From Dehalococcoides mccartyi (lineage in GTDB: Bacteria; Chloroflexota; Dehalococcoidia; UBA2979): DNA of 64,000 bases. Positions 28,680 through 38,606 of the stretch are shown piece by piece; the stretch's first letter is position 1; each line of letters begins with the position of its first letter. The stretch covers positions 12,421-76,420 of the forward strand of contig CAMBFG010000002.1 of assembly GCA_945865925.1 (NCBI GenBank). Reading direction: 5' to 3'. The position numbers and the translations under genes were made by a program. Under the pieces are notes generated by a model. That model was not told where the DNA came from, searched no databases, and was given only the letters and a program-made list of their open reading frames with translations.

Positions 28680-29426
28680 TTAAGCGAGCCCGAGCGCCGC
28701 GGGCACAGCGCCCAGCGGGATGCGGCGGCAGGTGAACATCGGCGTGTCGAACAGCGTGTACGCGGACGCCTCGGTGTCGCGCAGTTCACGCACGAGCGCC
28801 AGGAACTGGCCGGGGTCGTTGCCCTCGAAGGCGACCACAAACTCCTGATCGTCCAGCCCGTACGAGTATGTCGTGTTGATCTTGATGTCGTGGTACTTGT
28901 GGCCGATGGCGATGTGCTCGTCCATCATCCGCTGCCGTTCCGCCGCAGACTGCGCGTACCAGGCTCGCGTCTTCGCCATCGGGTAGACGAACAGGAACTC
29001 GTCCGTCCCGCCGTCCGTGCGCAGCCGCTCCCGCGACGTGGCGCCCTCATGCTGGGGGTTCGTGTACAGCGACCGCATGGTCATCGACAGATACGAGCGC
29101 GGTACGTCCAGCCACGCACCCACGGAGGACGCTCGCAGCGCCTCGTGCCAGTCCATCACCACGCGCAGGTCGTCGTGTACCTGCCACAGCAGCACGTCCA
29201 CGTCACCGCGCGTCCCCGCCGTGGTGTAGGCGCGCGTCAGCATCGCTTCGCCGGAGGCATCGAGATGACCGAGCAGCGTCTCCGCGAGCGCGGCTCGTTC
29301 CATCTGCGGCAACCGGCGTGCCTCGCCGGGCATCTTGAAGAACGTGAACTTCACACTCTGGACGCCGCGCGGCGTCCGAGGCGCCTGGCCGTCCGTCTGC
29401 GCCGGTCGATGGGTGTCGGTGGTCAT
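28680..29426 (-). CDS. chdC: Coproheme decarboxylase (HemQ/ChdC, chlorite dismutase family)
   Basis: YPMAK (Tyr/Lys), WY, MMDEH (proximal His), YSYGLDDQEF; lacks the distal Arg of true chlorite dismutases. Confidence 0.78.
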   Translation of the reverse strand: MTTDTHRPAQTDGQAPRTPRGVQSVKFTFFKMPGEARRLPQMERAALAETLLGHLDASGEAMLTRAYTTAGTRGDVDVLLWQVHDDLRVVMDWHEALRASSVGAWLDVPRSYLSMTMRSLYTNPQHEGATSRERLRTDGGTDEFLFVYPMAKTRAWYAQSAAERQRMMDEHIAIGHKYHDIKINTTYSYGLDDQEFVVAFEGNDPGQFLALVRELRDTEASAYTLFDTPMFTCRRIPLGAVPAALGLA

Positions 29427-30493
29427 GCCGTCACCTCGGATGCCGCGGCGACGCAGAGCGCCTCCCAGTGGTCGTATGCGTCGATGAAATAGGGGAGGCG
29501 GATCTTCTTGTACTCGGTGGTCGAATAGAGGACCTGATAGTCCGTAATGCCCACCTCGCGGCTGATCGCCAGCGCCGTCTCCTCCACCCCCGCCACCTTC
29601 TGGTGGTGGATCATCGAGAAGACGGAGTACGGCCAGTCCGGGTACGTCGGCCGCTCGTAGCAGTGCGAGACGTTGCGGTAGCCCGCGACGAAGCGGCCCA
29701 CCTCCGGGATGCGCTCCGCAGGCACCTGCCACACGGCCATGCCGTTCGCACGGAAGCCTGCCTGCCGATGGTTGAGGATCGCCGCGAACCGTCGCAAGAA
29801 CCCGCGCTCCGCGAGGCGTCCTGCACGCTCGAGGACGGTCGCGACGTCGCAACCGAGCGCGCGCGCGACCGGCGCGAACGGCTCCGGGATGTCCTCGAAG
29901 TCGCCCTGCGTCGCCCGGATGAACTCGATGTCCTCCGCCGTCAGCGCGCCGCCGAGGGCGTGGTTCCGCCGCTCCTGCGTGTACTCGGGCTCCCCACGAG
30001 CATCGACGGCACGCGTCGCAGTCATGTCGAGGGTGACGCCGATCTTGAATAGGTGGAGCGTGGGCATCTCCCGGGTGGAGTCCGCACCAGCGAGGTCGTG
30101 CAACCGCTGGATGACCGCGCTGAGGTCGTGCCCGGGCGGCATCGCGACGGTGAACCAGAGGTTGAACGCGTGGTTGCGCCGGTAGTTGTGCGAGACGCCG
30201 GGGTGCGCATTCACCACGCGGGCCGCGTGAGCGAGGCGTTCCACCGGCACCTGCATCGCGACCAGCGCGGAGGAGTACCCGAGCGCTTTCGTGTCATAGA
30301 TCGCGCAGATCTGGCGCACCACGCCCACCGCCCGCGCCTCGCGCAGCCGGTCGAGCACCTCGGCCTCCCCCATGTCGAGGCGCGCACCCATCGCGGCATA
30401 CGGCCGCGGGTCGAGCGGGAACGCTTCCTGCATCACATCGAGGAGTGCGCGGGTGCGCTCGTCCAGCCCGGGCTTCGCAGCGGTCGTGGTCAT
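29423..30493 (-). CDS. ahbAB: Fused siroheme decarboxylase AhbA-AhbB (NirDL/GH-like, AsnC fold)
   Basis: FPLDPRPY, GVSHNYRR, NLWFT; second half HRQAGFRANGMAVW, VSHCYER, WPYSVFSMIH, LYSTTEYKK. Confidence 0.9.
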   Translation of the reverse strand: MTTTAAKPGLDERTRALLDVMQEAFPLDPRPYAAMGARLDMGEAEVLDRLREARAVGVVRQICAIYDTKALGYSSALVAMQVPVERLAHAARVVNAHPGVSHNYRRNHAFNLWFTVAMPPGHDLSAVIQRLHDLAGADSTREMPTLHLFKIGVTLDMTATRAVDARGEPEYTQERRNHALGGALTAEDIEFIRATQGDFEDIPEPFAPVARALGCDVATVLERAGRLAERGFLRRFAAILNHRQAGFRANGMAVWQVPAERIPEVGRFVAGYRNVSHCYERPTYPDWPYSVFSMIHHQKVAGVEETALAISREVGITDYQVLYSTTEYKKIRLPYFIDAYDHWEALCVAAASEVTA

Positions 30494-31485
30494 GGCGTCA
30501 CCTCTACCGGCAGTCCGTAGTTGCTCGCATACAGCCGCTCGATCGCCTCGGCCTGCGCGTCGAGGATCGGCAGCGCGTCCGAGGCGGCCGCGAACTCCTC
30601 GAGTTGCGCGACGTCGTAGACATTGGGAAGCGCAGAGACGACCGAGGGCGAGCGCAGCACGAAGCGCAGCGCCACCTGGCCCAACGTGCAGCCGTTCTCC
30701 TGCTCCAGGAAGCGCAGGCGCTCGACCTTCTGGACACCCTCGATCAGCCACGTGCGCGGCCGGTGGCGGCGGTGGTCGCCCTCCGGGAAGACGGTGTCGG
30801 CGGTGTAGCGGCCCTCGAGCATCCCCGACGAATGAGGCACACGGACGACGAGGCTCTTCCCCATCCGCCCGGTGGCCTCGATCAGTGCGCGGCCGGGATC
30901 GAGTTCGAGCGCGTTGTAGATCATCTGCACGGCGTCGACGGGCAGGGACCCGAGGGCGTACCGGCCCTCCTCCGCCCACCCGATCGCCGGCCCGAGGGCG
31001 ACGCCGACCGCGCGCACTTTCCCCGCACGCCTCGCGCGCTCGACGAACGACCAGACGTCGTCGTCCAGCAGGTGTGCCATCCGGGGGTTGTGCATCTGGT
31101 AGAGGTCGATGTGGTCGGTGCCGAGGCGACGGAGCGAGGCGTCCAGCGATGCCTCCAGGAACGGCACGTCGAAGCGGTGGGGCGCCTCGCGGTGCCCGGC
31201 GTCCGAGGCGTCTCGCGACTGCCAGTCGTAGCCGAACTTCGCGCCGATGGTGATCCGGTCGCGAGCACTGCCCGGGAACGCGTACGCGAGGAGCGTCTCG
31301 CCTCGACCGTTGCCATACGTATCGGCGGTGTCGAGGAAGGTGACGCCGAGGTCCACGGCGCGGTGCAGCATGGCTGCCGCTTCGTCGTCGCTGTGGTCAC
31401 CCCACCACCCGGCGGCCAGCGTCCAGACGCCGAACCCGATCTCAGAGACCCGTACGCCTGTCCCAGCGATCTCGCGCGTCTGCAT
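30490..31485 (-). CDS. Aldo/keto reductase
   Basis: SEIGFGVW, DTADTYGNG, AKFG, SLRRLGTDHIDLYQMHNP; GGAGG RBS; ATGA overlap with ahbAB. Confidence 0.9.
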   Translation of the reverse strand: MQTREIAGTGVRVSEIGFGVWTLAAGWWGDHSDDEAAAMLHRAVDLGVTFLDTADTYGNGRGETLLAYAFPGSARDRITIGAKFGYDWQSRDASDAGHREAPHRFDVPFLEASLDASLRRLGTDHIDLYQMHNPRMAHLLDDDVWSFVERARRAGKVRAVGVALGPAIGWAEEGRYALGSLPVDAVQMIYNALELDPGRALIEATGRMGKSLVVRVPHSSGMLEGRYTADTVFPEGDHRRHRPRTWLIEGVQKVERLRFLEQENGCTLGQVALRFVLRSPSVVSALPNVYDVAQLEEFAAASDALPILDAQAEAIERLYASNYGLPVEVTP

Positions 31486-31644
31486 CTGCGCCTCCATCCG
31501 GCGCAGCGAGCGTCCGCGCCACAACATCGAGGCACAACGCCAGAATCGCGTGCGTCCGCGCACGCTTCGACAGATTCACGCAGGAAAGTTGGCGCTCGAA
31601 GTCGCGCGACGTCGTCGAGGTATGCGCGGAAAAGCGCAGGTTCG

Positions 31645-32688
31645 CTACGCCCTCGCAGCCTCGACGGCAGCAAGCAGCGCGGACGCCACCTCGTCACACC
31701 GAGTCGCGGGCGGCACCGCCACGCGCACCCATTCGGGCAGCCCGAACGACGAGGCATCCCGAACGACGATGCGCCGTCCCAGGAGCGCCGTGCGCACGCG
31801 CCTCGCGTCCCCGACGTGTACCAACAGGAAGTTCGCCACACCCGGCGCGACGGCCCGCCCAGCGGCCTCCCAGCGGGCGCGCAGCACCTCGCGCGTCTCG
31901 CGCATCGACGCGAGGGCGGCCCGTCGTGCCTCATGCTGCGAGGCGGCCACAATGCCCGCCGCGATCGAGGGTGCATCGAGCGCCCACGAGTGCTGGAGGC
32001 TGGCGAGCAGCGCGATGACGGGCGGTGCCGCCACGACATACCCGAGGCGCAACCCGGGGACGGCATGCAGTTTGGTCATCGAATGCACGGTCACCACGTT
32101 CGCGTTCGAGCGGGCGAGGTCCGACGCGAACGGCGCGCGGTCGGCGAATGGCTCGTACGCAGCGTCGATGACCACCGTCCCACCGGAGACCTCGGCAGCC
32201 TGCAGCACCTCGGCACGCGTCAGGTCGCGTCCGGTCGGATTGTCGGGAATGCAGAGGAACGTGACGGCCGCGCGAGGCAACGCGGCGACATCGAGGTGGA
32301 ACGCCGGCGGCGTGACTGGCACCTCGATGACGGCCGCGCCTGCGGAGCGTGCAGCGGCGGCGTACTCGCCGAAGGCTGGGGGCACGACGGCGGCGCGATC
32401 GCCCGTCTTGAGCAGCGCGCGCGCAATGAGGTGGATCGCCGCCGTCCCGCCCGGCGTCGGCAGTACGGTCGCCGGGTCGAGGCCGTGAGCACGCGCGATC
32501 GCCTCACGGAGGGGAAGCGCCTCGGCGTGTGGGTAGCGGTCGAGGCGCACCGAGCGGGCGGCTTCGATCACAGCGGGGTCAGGGCCGTCCGGGTGGAGGT
32601 TCGCGGAAAGGTCGAGGACATCGAGCGCACTGAGGCCCAGCGCGGCGAGTTCGGCGTCCTGTGCCCCACCGTGCTCGACGCCACTCAC
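31645..32688 (-). CDS. cobD: L-threonine-O-3-phosphate decarboxylase (CobD/CobC-type PLP enzyme)
   Basis: EHGG, DLSANL, PDNPTG, DAAY, SMTKLHAVPGLRLGY; coupled to cbiB. Confidence 0.8.
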   Translation of the reverse strand: MSGVEHGGAQDAELAALGLSALDVLDLSANLHPDGPDPAVIEAARSVRLDRYPHAEALPLREAIARAHGLDPATVLPTPGGTAAIHLIARALLKTGDRAAVVPPAFGEYAAAARSAGAAVIEVPVTPPAFHLDVAALPRAAVTFLCIPDNPTGRDLTRAEVLQAAEVSGGTVVIDAAYEPFADRAPFASDLARSNANVVTVHSMTKLHAVPGLRLGYVVAAPPVIALLASLQHSWALDAPSIAAGIVAASQHEARRAALASMRETREVLRARWEAAGRAVAPGVANFLLVHVGDARRVRTALLGRRIVVRDASSFGLPEWVRVAVPPATRCDEVASALLAAVEAARA

Positions 32689-33629
32689 CGCCCACCTCGT
32701 ACGGCGATGACGCCGAGGCACATCGCCGCCAGCACCAGCGAGGCCTCACGGGCCACACTCACCGCTGCGCGGATATCGGTGGCGTCTGCCGAGCGGAACT
32801 CGGCGCCCAGTTCGTAGTGGCCTCGCTTGGTCAGGTTCACGCCGAGCGCGCCGGCCATCGCCGCCATCGGGTGCCCCGCGTTCGGGCTCTCGGTCTGGCC
32901 AGCGTCGCGGCGCCACACCTCGAATGCCGCATGGCCACGACCCGTCCGATGGTGCGCGGCCGCGCAGATCGCGACCGCCGCCACACGCGCTGGTACGAGA
33001 TTCGCGAGGTCATCGAGGCGCGCCGCCGCCCAGCCGAACTCGGCGTAGCGCTCGGTGCGGTAGCCCCAGAGGGAATCGAGGGTGTTCAGCGCGCGGTAGA
33101 CCCAGGCGCCGCCCGACCCCGCCACCGCGAACGCGAGCCACGGACCCGCCACACCGTCGCCGAGATTCTCCGCGACCGACTCGATCGCCGCGCCTGCCAC
33201 CTCGCCCGCGTGGAGGTCGCGTGTATCGCGGCTGACGAGGTGGTAGCCAAGCAAACGACGCGCCTGGTCAAGATCGCCAGCGTCGAGAGCGTCAGCAACC
33301 TCGGTGGCCCGACGCATGAGCGTGCGCTGCGCGCTCGCGAGCGCCAGCGCTGAGGCCGCCGCCAGCACACGCCCACCCGGACGTACCCGCCCAGTCGCCT
33401 CGAAGGCCGCGGCGAGGACACCAGCGGCGATCGGAATGCCGAGGGCACCCGCAATGCCAGCAACCCGAGGTCGGGAGGAGCCGTGTACCGCACCCTCGAA
33501 GGCCCGGGCGAGGAGGCCGAGCGCACGCACGGGATGCACGACGCTCGGCGGGTCGCCGAGGAGCGCGTCCCCACCGGCGCCGAGCACAAAGGCAGCCATG
33601 CGCCGTGCGCGTTTCATGGAGGATTTCAT
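32685..33629 (-). CDS. cbiB: Adenosylcobinamide-phosphate synthase
   Basis: GDP..HPV, LVSRDT, ESVAENLGD, YRALNTLDS, ARLDD, SPNAGHPMAAMAGALG. Confidence 0.92.
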   Translation of the reverse strand: MKSSMKRARRMAAFVLGAGGDALLGDPPSVVHPVRALGLLARAFEGAVHGSSRPRVAGIAGALGIPIAAGVLAAAFEATGRVRPGGRVLAAASALALASAQRTLMRRATEVADALDAGDLDQARRLLGYHLVSRDTRDLHAGEVAGAAIESVAENLGDGVAGPWLAFAVAGSGGAWVYRALNTLDSLWGYRTERYAEFGWAAARLDDLANLVPARVAAVAICAAAHHRTGRGHAAFEVWRRDAGQTESPNAGHPMAAMAGALGVNLTKRGHYELGAEFRSADATDIRAAVSVAREASLVLAAMCLGVIAVRGGR

Positions 33630-33804
33630 GGTGGAAGGGTACCCGCAGCGCGCAGTGCGCCCTACCGGAGCATCACCCCGGAGAGCAGCGCGCCCACCCT
33701 GGTCAGCAGCGCCTGCGTGGAGCCCACAAGGCGCTGGATGCTGCGCGCGACGCTCGGCTCCGGCTCGTCACCCCGAGAATCGCTGTCTGGCGACCGGCCC
33801 TGAC

Positions 33805-34827
33805 CTAAACGTACTTCGCGAACCACGCCAGCGTGTCAGCCCACGCTCTCGTCGCCTGCACCTCGTTGAAGGAGCCGCCGGTGTCGTTGTGGAACGCGTG
33901 CCCGACACCCGGGTAGATCGTGATCTGGTTCACGATGCCCGCCGCAGCCATCGCGGTGCGGAGGCCCTCAGCACTCCCGGTGATGCGGGTGTCGTTCTCG
34001 GCGTACACCCCGAGCATCGCCGCCTTCATGTTCTTCACGGTTGCGAGGTCCGGCGCAGGGCCGTAGTACGGCGCGACCGCCTTCAACTCCGGGATCTGGG
34101 TCGCGGCGGCCCAGCTGATGCCGCCACCGAAGCAATACCCCGTCATCCCGATGCGCTTCGCGTCCACGCCCTCGACCGTGCCGAGGTATTTGAGACCGGC
34201 GGCGAAGTCGGCGACATGGCGGTCAGTACCCGCGCCGGTGAGCAGGCCGGGCACCTGGTCCGGGTCGCGGCTTGGCGTCCCGCCCTCGCGCGCGAGCAGG
34301 TCGACGGCGAGCGCGACGTAGCCTTCCTTCGCGAAGCGGCGCGCAACGTCACGGATGTGCACCGTCAGCCCTCGGTTCTCGTGACAGACCAGGATGGCGC
34401 GCATCCCCGCGGTCGCCTTCGCGGGTTTCGCGAGGTAGCCACCAGCCTGTGCCGCGCCAGCGGGGAACTTCACGTCCGAACCGATGACGGCCGGGTCGCC
34501 CTCCGGAACCGAGAGCTTGCTCTTGGCGCCCACGACCGGGACGAGGACGGCCGCGGCGGTCGGGCTAGTGGTAGCAGCAGCCTTCGGGACTTCCGTGGTG
34601 GCGGGCGTGACCGCCTTCGGCATCGGCTCGTCTTTCGCGGGCAACTCGTCGTTGGAGCAGCCGAGCGCGAGCATCGCCGTAGCCGTCGCAGCCATCGAGC
34701 CGGTGACGAACGCCACCTTGCGGATGAACGTGCGCCGGTTGATCTCGCCCTCGCGCCAGTCGTCGTAGAACTCTTCGACGAGGTAACGCTCGAACTTCCC
34801 GAGGTTGGTGTTGCTGAGATCGCTCAT
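33805..34827 (-). CDS. Dienelactone hydrolase family Tat lipoprotein (YghX-like)
   Basis: NRRTF twin-Arg, LGC lipobox, HENRGL, GYCFGG, HAFHND. Confidence 0.88.
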   Translation of the reverse strand: MSDLSNTNLGKFERYLVEEFYDDWREGEINRRTFIRKVAFVTGSMAATATAMLALGCSNDELPAKDEPMPKAVTPATTEVPKAAATTSPTAAAVLVPVVGAKSKLSVPEGDPAVIGSDVKFPAGAAQAGGYLAKPAKATAGMRAILVCHENRGLTVHIRDVARRFAKEGYVALAVDLLAREGGTPSRDPDQVPGLLTGAGTDRHVADFAAGLKYLGTVEGVDAKRIGMTGYCFGGGISWAAATQIPELKAVAPYYGPAPDLATVKNMKAAMLGVYAENDTRITGSAEGLRTAMAAAGIVNQITIYPGVGHAFHNDTGGSFNEVQATRAWADTLAWFAKYV

Positions 34828-34872
34828 CGTGTGTCCTCCCTATGCGGTATCAATCCGCGGACACGTTCAAGC

Positions 34873-36459
34873 CTACAAGTTGTGAGGCGCCCATGTGTGA
34901 AGCCGCGGTGCGTAGTTATGTCGCGGCGCTGGCCGTCGAGCGGTACTGACTACGAGTCCCAGTTGAGCGTGCGCTCCACTGCCCGTCCCCATCGCGCCGC
35001 CTCGCGATCGCGATCCGCGGCCGCGATCCGCGGCCGCGATCCGCGGCTCAAACACCGTGACCCCACCAGCATCGAGGCTGGCGAACTCCTCGAGGCTCCC
35101 CCACACGCCGGCGGCGATCCCGGCGAGGCCGGCCGCACCAAAGGCGGTGACTTCAAGCTCGGCCGGGCGATGGACGGGGATGCCGAGGAGGTCCGCCTGG
35201 ATCTGCATCAGCAGGTCGTCGCGGCAGGCGCCGCCATCGACGCGTAACGCGGACAGCGGCGCACCCGCATCGGCAGCGAGGCACTCGATGACTTCGCGGC
35301 TCTGGTGCGCGATCGCGTCGAGCGCCGCGCGTGCGATGTGGGCGCGCGAGGTGCCACGCGTCATGCCGAACAGCGCGCCGCGCGCCGATTCGTCCCAGTG
35401 CGGCGCCCCGAGACCCGTGAATGCTGGCACCAGCACCACGCCACCACTGTCCGGCACCGAAGCGGCCAGCGCCTCGACCTCCGCCGCCGTCGTGATGATG
35501 CCGAGGCCGTCACGCAGCCACTGCACGGTGGAGCCGCCGGAGAACACGCTGCCTTCAAGGGCGTAGGCAGGCGGCGCACCCTGCACGCGGGCAGCCACGG
35601 TGGTGAGCAGGCCTCGGTGGCTAGGGACGGCGCGGTCACCCGTGTGCATCAGCAGGAAGCAGCCGGTGCCATAGGTGTTCTTCGCCGCACCAGGCGTGGT
35701 GCAGCGCTGTCCGAAGAGTGCCGCCTGCTGGTCTCCCGCCACCCCGCGGATCGGGATCGCAGCACCCAGCCACGAGGCGTCCGCCTCGCCGAAGTCGCCT
35801 GATGACAGGCGGACGTCCGGCAACAGCGCGCGCGGAACATCGAGGGCCGCGAGCAAGGTGTCGTCCCACGCGTGCGTGTGGATGTTCCACAGCATCGTGC
35901 GGCTGGCGTTCGTCTCGTCCGTCGCGTGGACGCGTCCGCCGGTCAGCCGCCAGAGCAGCCACGAGTCCACCGTGCCAAACGCGAGTTCGCCCGCAGCGGC
36001 CCGCGCCTGGGCCTCTGGGACGGCATCCAGAATGAAGCGCACCTTCGTCGCACTGAAGTAAGCGTCGATCACGAGGCCGGTGCGCGCCCGCACCTCCTCG
36101 GTCAGGTCGCGCGCGCGCAGGTCATCGCAGATCGAGGCGGTCTGGCGAGACTGCCACACGATGGCGGGGTAAATCGGTCGCCCGGTGGCGCGCTCCCAGA
36201 CGAGCGCCGTCTCTCGCTGGTTCGTGATGCCGATGGCGGCGACCTCGGATGCCTGGATGGCCGCCCTCGCGAGGACACCGCGAGCGGCGGCCAACTGACT
36301 CTCCCAGATCGCCTCGGGGTCGTGCTCCACCCAGCCGGGGCGCGGGTAGGACTGCGGGAACTCCCGCTGGTCGACGGCGACGGCGCGCCCCTGCTCGTCG
36401 AACAGGATCGCGCGCGACGATGTGGTGCCCTGATCCAGCGCGAGGACGTACCGGCTCAT
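34873..36459 (-). CDS. glpK: Glycerol kinase, C-terminus frameshifted as read (native-like end at 34950)
   Basis: [32 protein letters not shown]; the conserved W..AVER...W tail lies in another frame. Confidence 0.93.
   Translation of the reverse strand: MSRYVLALDQGTTSSRAILFDEQGRAVAVDQREFPQSYPRPGWVEHDPEAIWESQLAAARGVLARAAIQASEVAAIGITNQRETALVWERATGRPIYPAIVWQSRQTASICDDLRARDLTEEVRARTGLVIDAYFSATKVRFILDAVPEAQARAAAGELAFGTVDSWLLWRLTGGRVHATDETNASRTMLWNIHTHAWDDTLLAALDVPRALLPDVRLSSGDFGEADASWLGAAIPIRGVAGDQQAALFGQRCTTPGAAKNTYGTGCFLLMHTGDRAVPSHRGLLTTVAARVQGAPPAYALEGSVFSGGSTVQWLRDGLGIITTAAEVEALAASVPDSGGVVLVPAFTGLGAPHWDESARGALFGMTRGTSRAHIARAALDAIAHQSREVIECLAADAGAPLSALRVDGGACRDDLLMQIQADLLGIPVHRPAELEVTAFGAAGLAGIAAGVWGSLEEFASLDAGGVTVFEPRIAAADRGRGSRSRGGAMGTGSGAHAQLGLVVSTARRPAPRHNYAPRLHTWAPHNL
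35010..35047. repeat. 13-bp tandem repeat (about 2.9 copies) near the glpK 3' end
   Basis: gcgatccgcggcc at 35010 and 35023, and a 12/13 copy at 35036. Confidence 0.92.
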
Positions 36460-36530
36460 GCGTGCGCGATCCCTCCGCCGGGATGCGCGATGATGCTCGC
36501 ACCGGCTGGCGCGGATGATAGGAGCCCGGG

Positions 36531-37544
36531 ATGCCCGAGGGCGACGCGAGCACGCGCGCAGACCTCGATGCTCGCGCGGGCGAGATTGAGTCCGCCGTGC
36601 GCATCCTGCGCGCCGGTGGCCTCGTCGCCATCCCCACGGAGACTGTCTACGGGCTGGCGGCGGACGCCTCCAACCCCGCCGCTCTCCGACGGCTGTACGA
36701 GGTGAAAGGCCGCCCGCTCGGCCACCCCGTCATCGTGCATATCGCGGGCATCGAGGCGCTCCCGCACTGGGCCGCACGCGTGTCCGAAGACGCCCGACGG
36801 CTCGCCGAGACGTGCTGGCCTGGTCCGCTCACGCTCGTGCTGCCTCGTACCTCGGCTGCTGTCGATGAGGTCACTGGCGGCCTCGACACTGTGGGCCTGC
36901 GCGTCCCTAACCACCCGCTCGCCCTCGCCCTCCTCCGGGCGTTCGAGGGCGGGCTGGCGGCACCGTCCGCCAACCGCTTCGGTCGTGTCTCACCCACGAC
37001 CGCCGAGGATGTGCGCGCCGACCTCGGCAGCGACGTAGACCTTGTGCTGGACGGCGGGCCGTGTGGCGTCGGCGTGGAGTCGACGATCGTCGACTGCAGC
37101 GAGGAGGGCGCACCGCCGGTGATCCTGCGCCCGGGAGGCCTCACGGCCGAGCGCATCGAGGCGATCCTCGGGCACCCGGTGCGCCAGACATCGGAGGGGC
37201 CGAGCCGCGCGCCCGGGATGCTGCCTGCGCACTACGCACCGCATGCGCGAGTCCTGGTCGTCGAGGACCTCGAGGCCGCCCGCGCCGAGGCGACGGCACG
37301 TGTCGCCGCCGGAGAGCGCGCGGGCTTGCTCACGGCCGCCGCCATGACGGCACCGTCGGGGGTGATGGCCCTCGTCGCGGGCGCCACCGCCGAGGCGTAC
37401 GCGACGACGCTCTACGACCGCCTCCGCGAGGCCGACCGGCTCGGCCTCGATGTCCTCGTGGTGGTACCGCCCGCCGCGGTGGGCGTCGGCGTGGCGGTGC
37501 GCGACCGGCTGGCGCGGGCGGCGGCGGGCAGCGCGCGAGGCTAG
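36531..37544 (+). CDS. sua5: Threonylcarbamoyl-AMP synthase (Sua5, two-domain)
   Basis: [35 protein letters not shown]. Confidence 0.95.
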   Translation: MPEGDASTRADLDARAGEIESAVRILRAGGLVAIPTETVYGLAADASNPAALRRLYEVKGRPLGHPVIVHIAGIEALPHWAARVSEDARRLAETCWPGPLTLVLPRTSAAVDEVTGGLDTVGLRVPNHPLALALLRAFEGGLAAPSANRFGRVSPTTAEDVRADLGSDVDLVLDGGPCGVGVESTIVDCSEEGAPPVILRPGGLTAERIEAILGHPVRQTSEGPSRAPGMLPAHYAPHARVLVVEDLEAARAEATARVAAGERAGLLTAAAMTAPSGVMALVAGATAEAYATTLYDRLREADRLGLDVLVVVPPAAVGVGVAVRDRLARAAAGSARG

Positions 37545-38461
37545 ACCCCGGCCTCTGCACGGAACGCGGCGACCGTGCGCGCCATGCCGTCCGCCAGGCT
37601 CACGGTCGCCTGCCACTGCCACAGGTCGCGCGCCTTCGAGGCGTCGAGGGCGATCCGCGGGATGTCGCCGGCACGCGGGGGTGCCGCGATCGGCAGACGC
37701 TCGTAACCCGTCTCGCGCGCAAGGTGGTCGAAGATCTCGCGTGTGCTCGTCTCACGTCCCGTGCCGACGAGGCAGAACGCGGCGACGGGTGCGGTCGCGG
37801 CGAGGATCTGTGCCTCGACCACGTCATCCACGTACACATAGTCCCGTGTGTCACCGCCCGTGCCGAAGATGGTGCAGGGCTCATCCTTCAGCATCCGCTG
37901 CGTGAAGATCGCGACCACACCGGCCTCGCCGTGCGGATCCTGGTACGGGCCATAGATGTTGCCGGGCCGTAGCCCCGCGATCTCCATCCCTGTCTCCAGG
38001 CCGACGATCTCCAGATAGCGCTCTGCGGCCACCTTCGAGGCCCCGTAGATCGAGCGAGGCGCCACGGGCGTCTCGTCGCGCGCCGGAATCTCCGGCGGGT
38101 CGCCGAACATCGCACCGCCGGACGAGGTGAAGACGAAGCGGCGCGCACCCGCCTCGGCGGCCGCGCGCGCGAGGGTGATGCTGGCGATGCAGTTGGTCTC
38201 GATGTCGAGACGCGGTTCACGCATGGAAACGGAGACGGACGCCTGCGCGGCGAGGTGCCACACCACCTCGGGGCGCGCCTCGGCGACCGCGCGCTGGACA
38301 GCGGCGTCGTCGCGGATGTCGACGCGGACGTCTCGCCAGCCCTCGACGCCACGCGTGGGCGCCTTCCAGTCGAAGCCCGTGACTTCGTGCCCCTCCGCAA
38401 CGAGCCGTCGCACGAGATGGGTGCCAACGAAGCCGGACGTGCCAGTCACCAGAACGCGCAT
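37541..38461 (-). CDS. NAD-dependent epimerase/dehydratase (GalE-like)
   Basis: GTSGFVG, HLAAQ, SSGG, YGASK, NIYGP, TRDYVYV. Confidence 0.9.
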   Translation of the reverse strand: MRVLVTGTSGFVGTHLVRRLVAEGHEVTGFDWKAPTRGVEGWRDVRVDIRDDAAVQRAVAEARPEVVWHLAAQASVSVSMREPRLDIETNCIASITLARAAAEAGARRFVFTSSGGAMFGDPPEIPARDETPVAPRSIYGASKVAAERYLEIVGLETGMEIAGLRPGNIYGPYQDPHGEAGVVAIFTQRMLKDEPCTIFGTGGDTRDYVYVDDVVEAQILAATAPVAAFCLVGTGRETSTREIFDHLARETGYERLPIAAPPRAGDIPRIALDASKARDLWQWQATVSLADGMARTVAAFRAEAGV

Positions 38462-38606
38462 AGAGCCCTCCCGAACGACCTCGATGCTCTCCGCGGGTCG
38501 CGCAGAGGGCACGATACGGGCGCCTGCCGTCACGGTCAGCCAGCGAACCTCCGGGCGGAGGCGAGTACATCCGGCGGGGCGCACCACCACGCCTCCGAGG
38601 GCTACG

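Noticed and set aside
28680-29426. True chlorite dismutase
   Set aside because: It lacks the distal Arg, has the YPxxK motif of coproheme decarboxylases, and is coupled to ahbAB.
29423-30493. Lrp/AsnC transcription regulator, or haem d1 (nir) denitrification gene
   Set aside because: The motifs match AhbA+AhbB siroheme decarboxylase, and there is no nirS/nirF/nirN context.
33630-33804. Cobalamin riboswitch upstream of cbiB, or a small-gene remnant (…DEPEPSVARSIQRLVGSTQALL…)
   Set aside because: No B12-box or GGGAA core is recognisable, and the short frame has no start codon or RBS.
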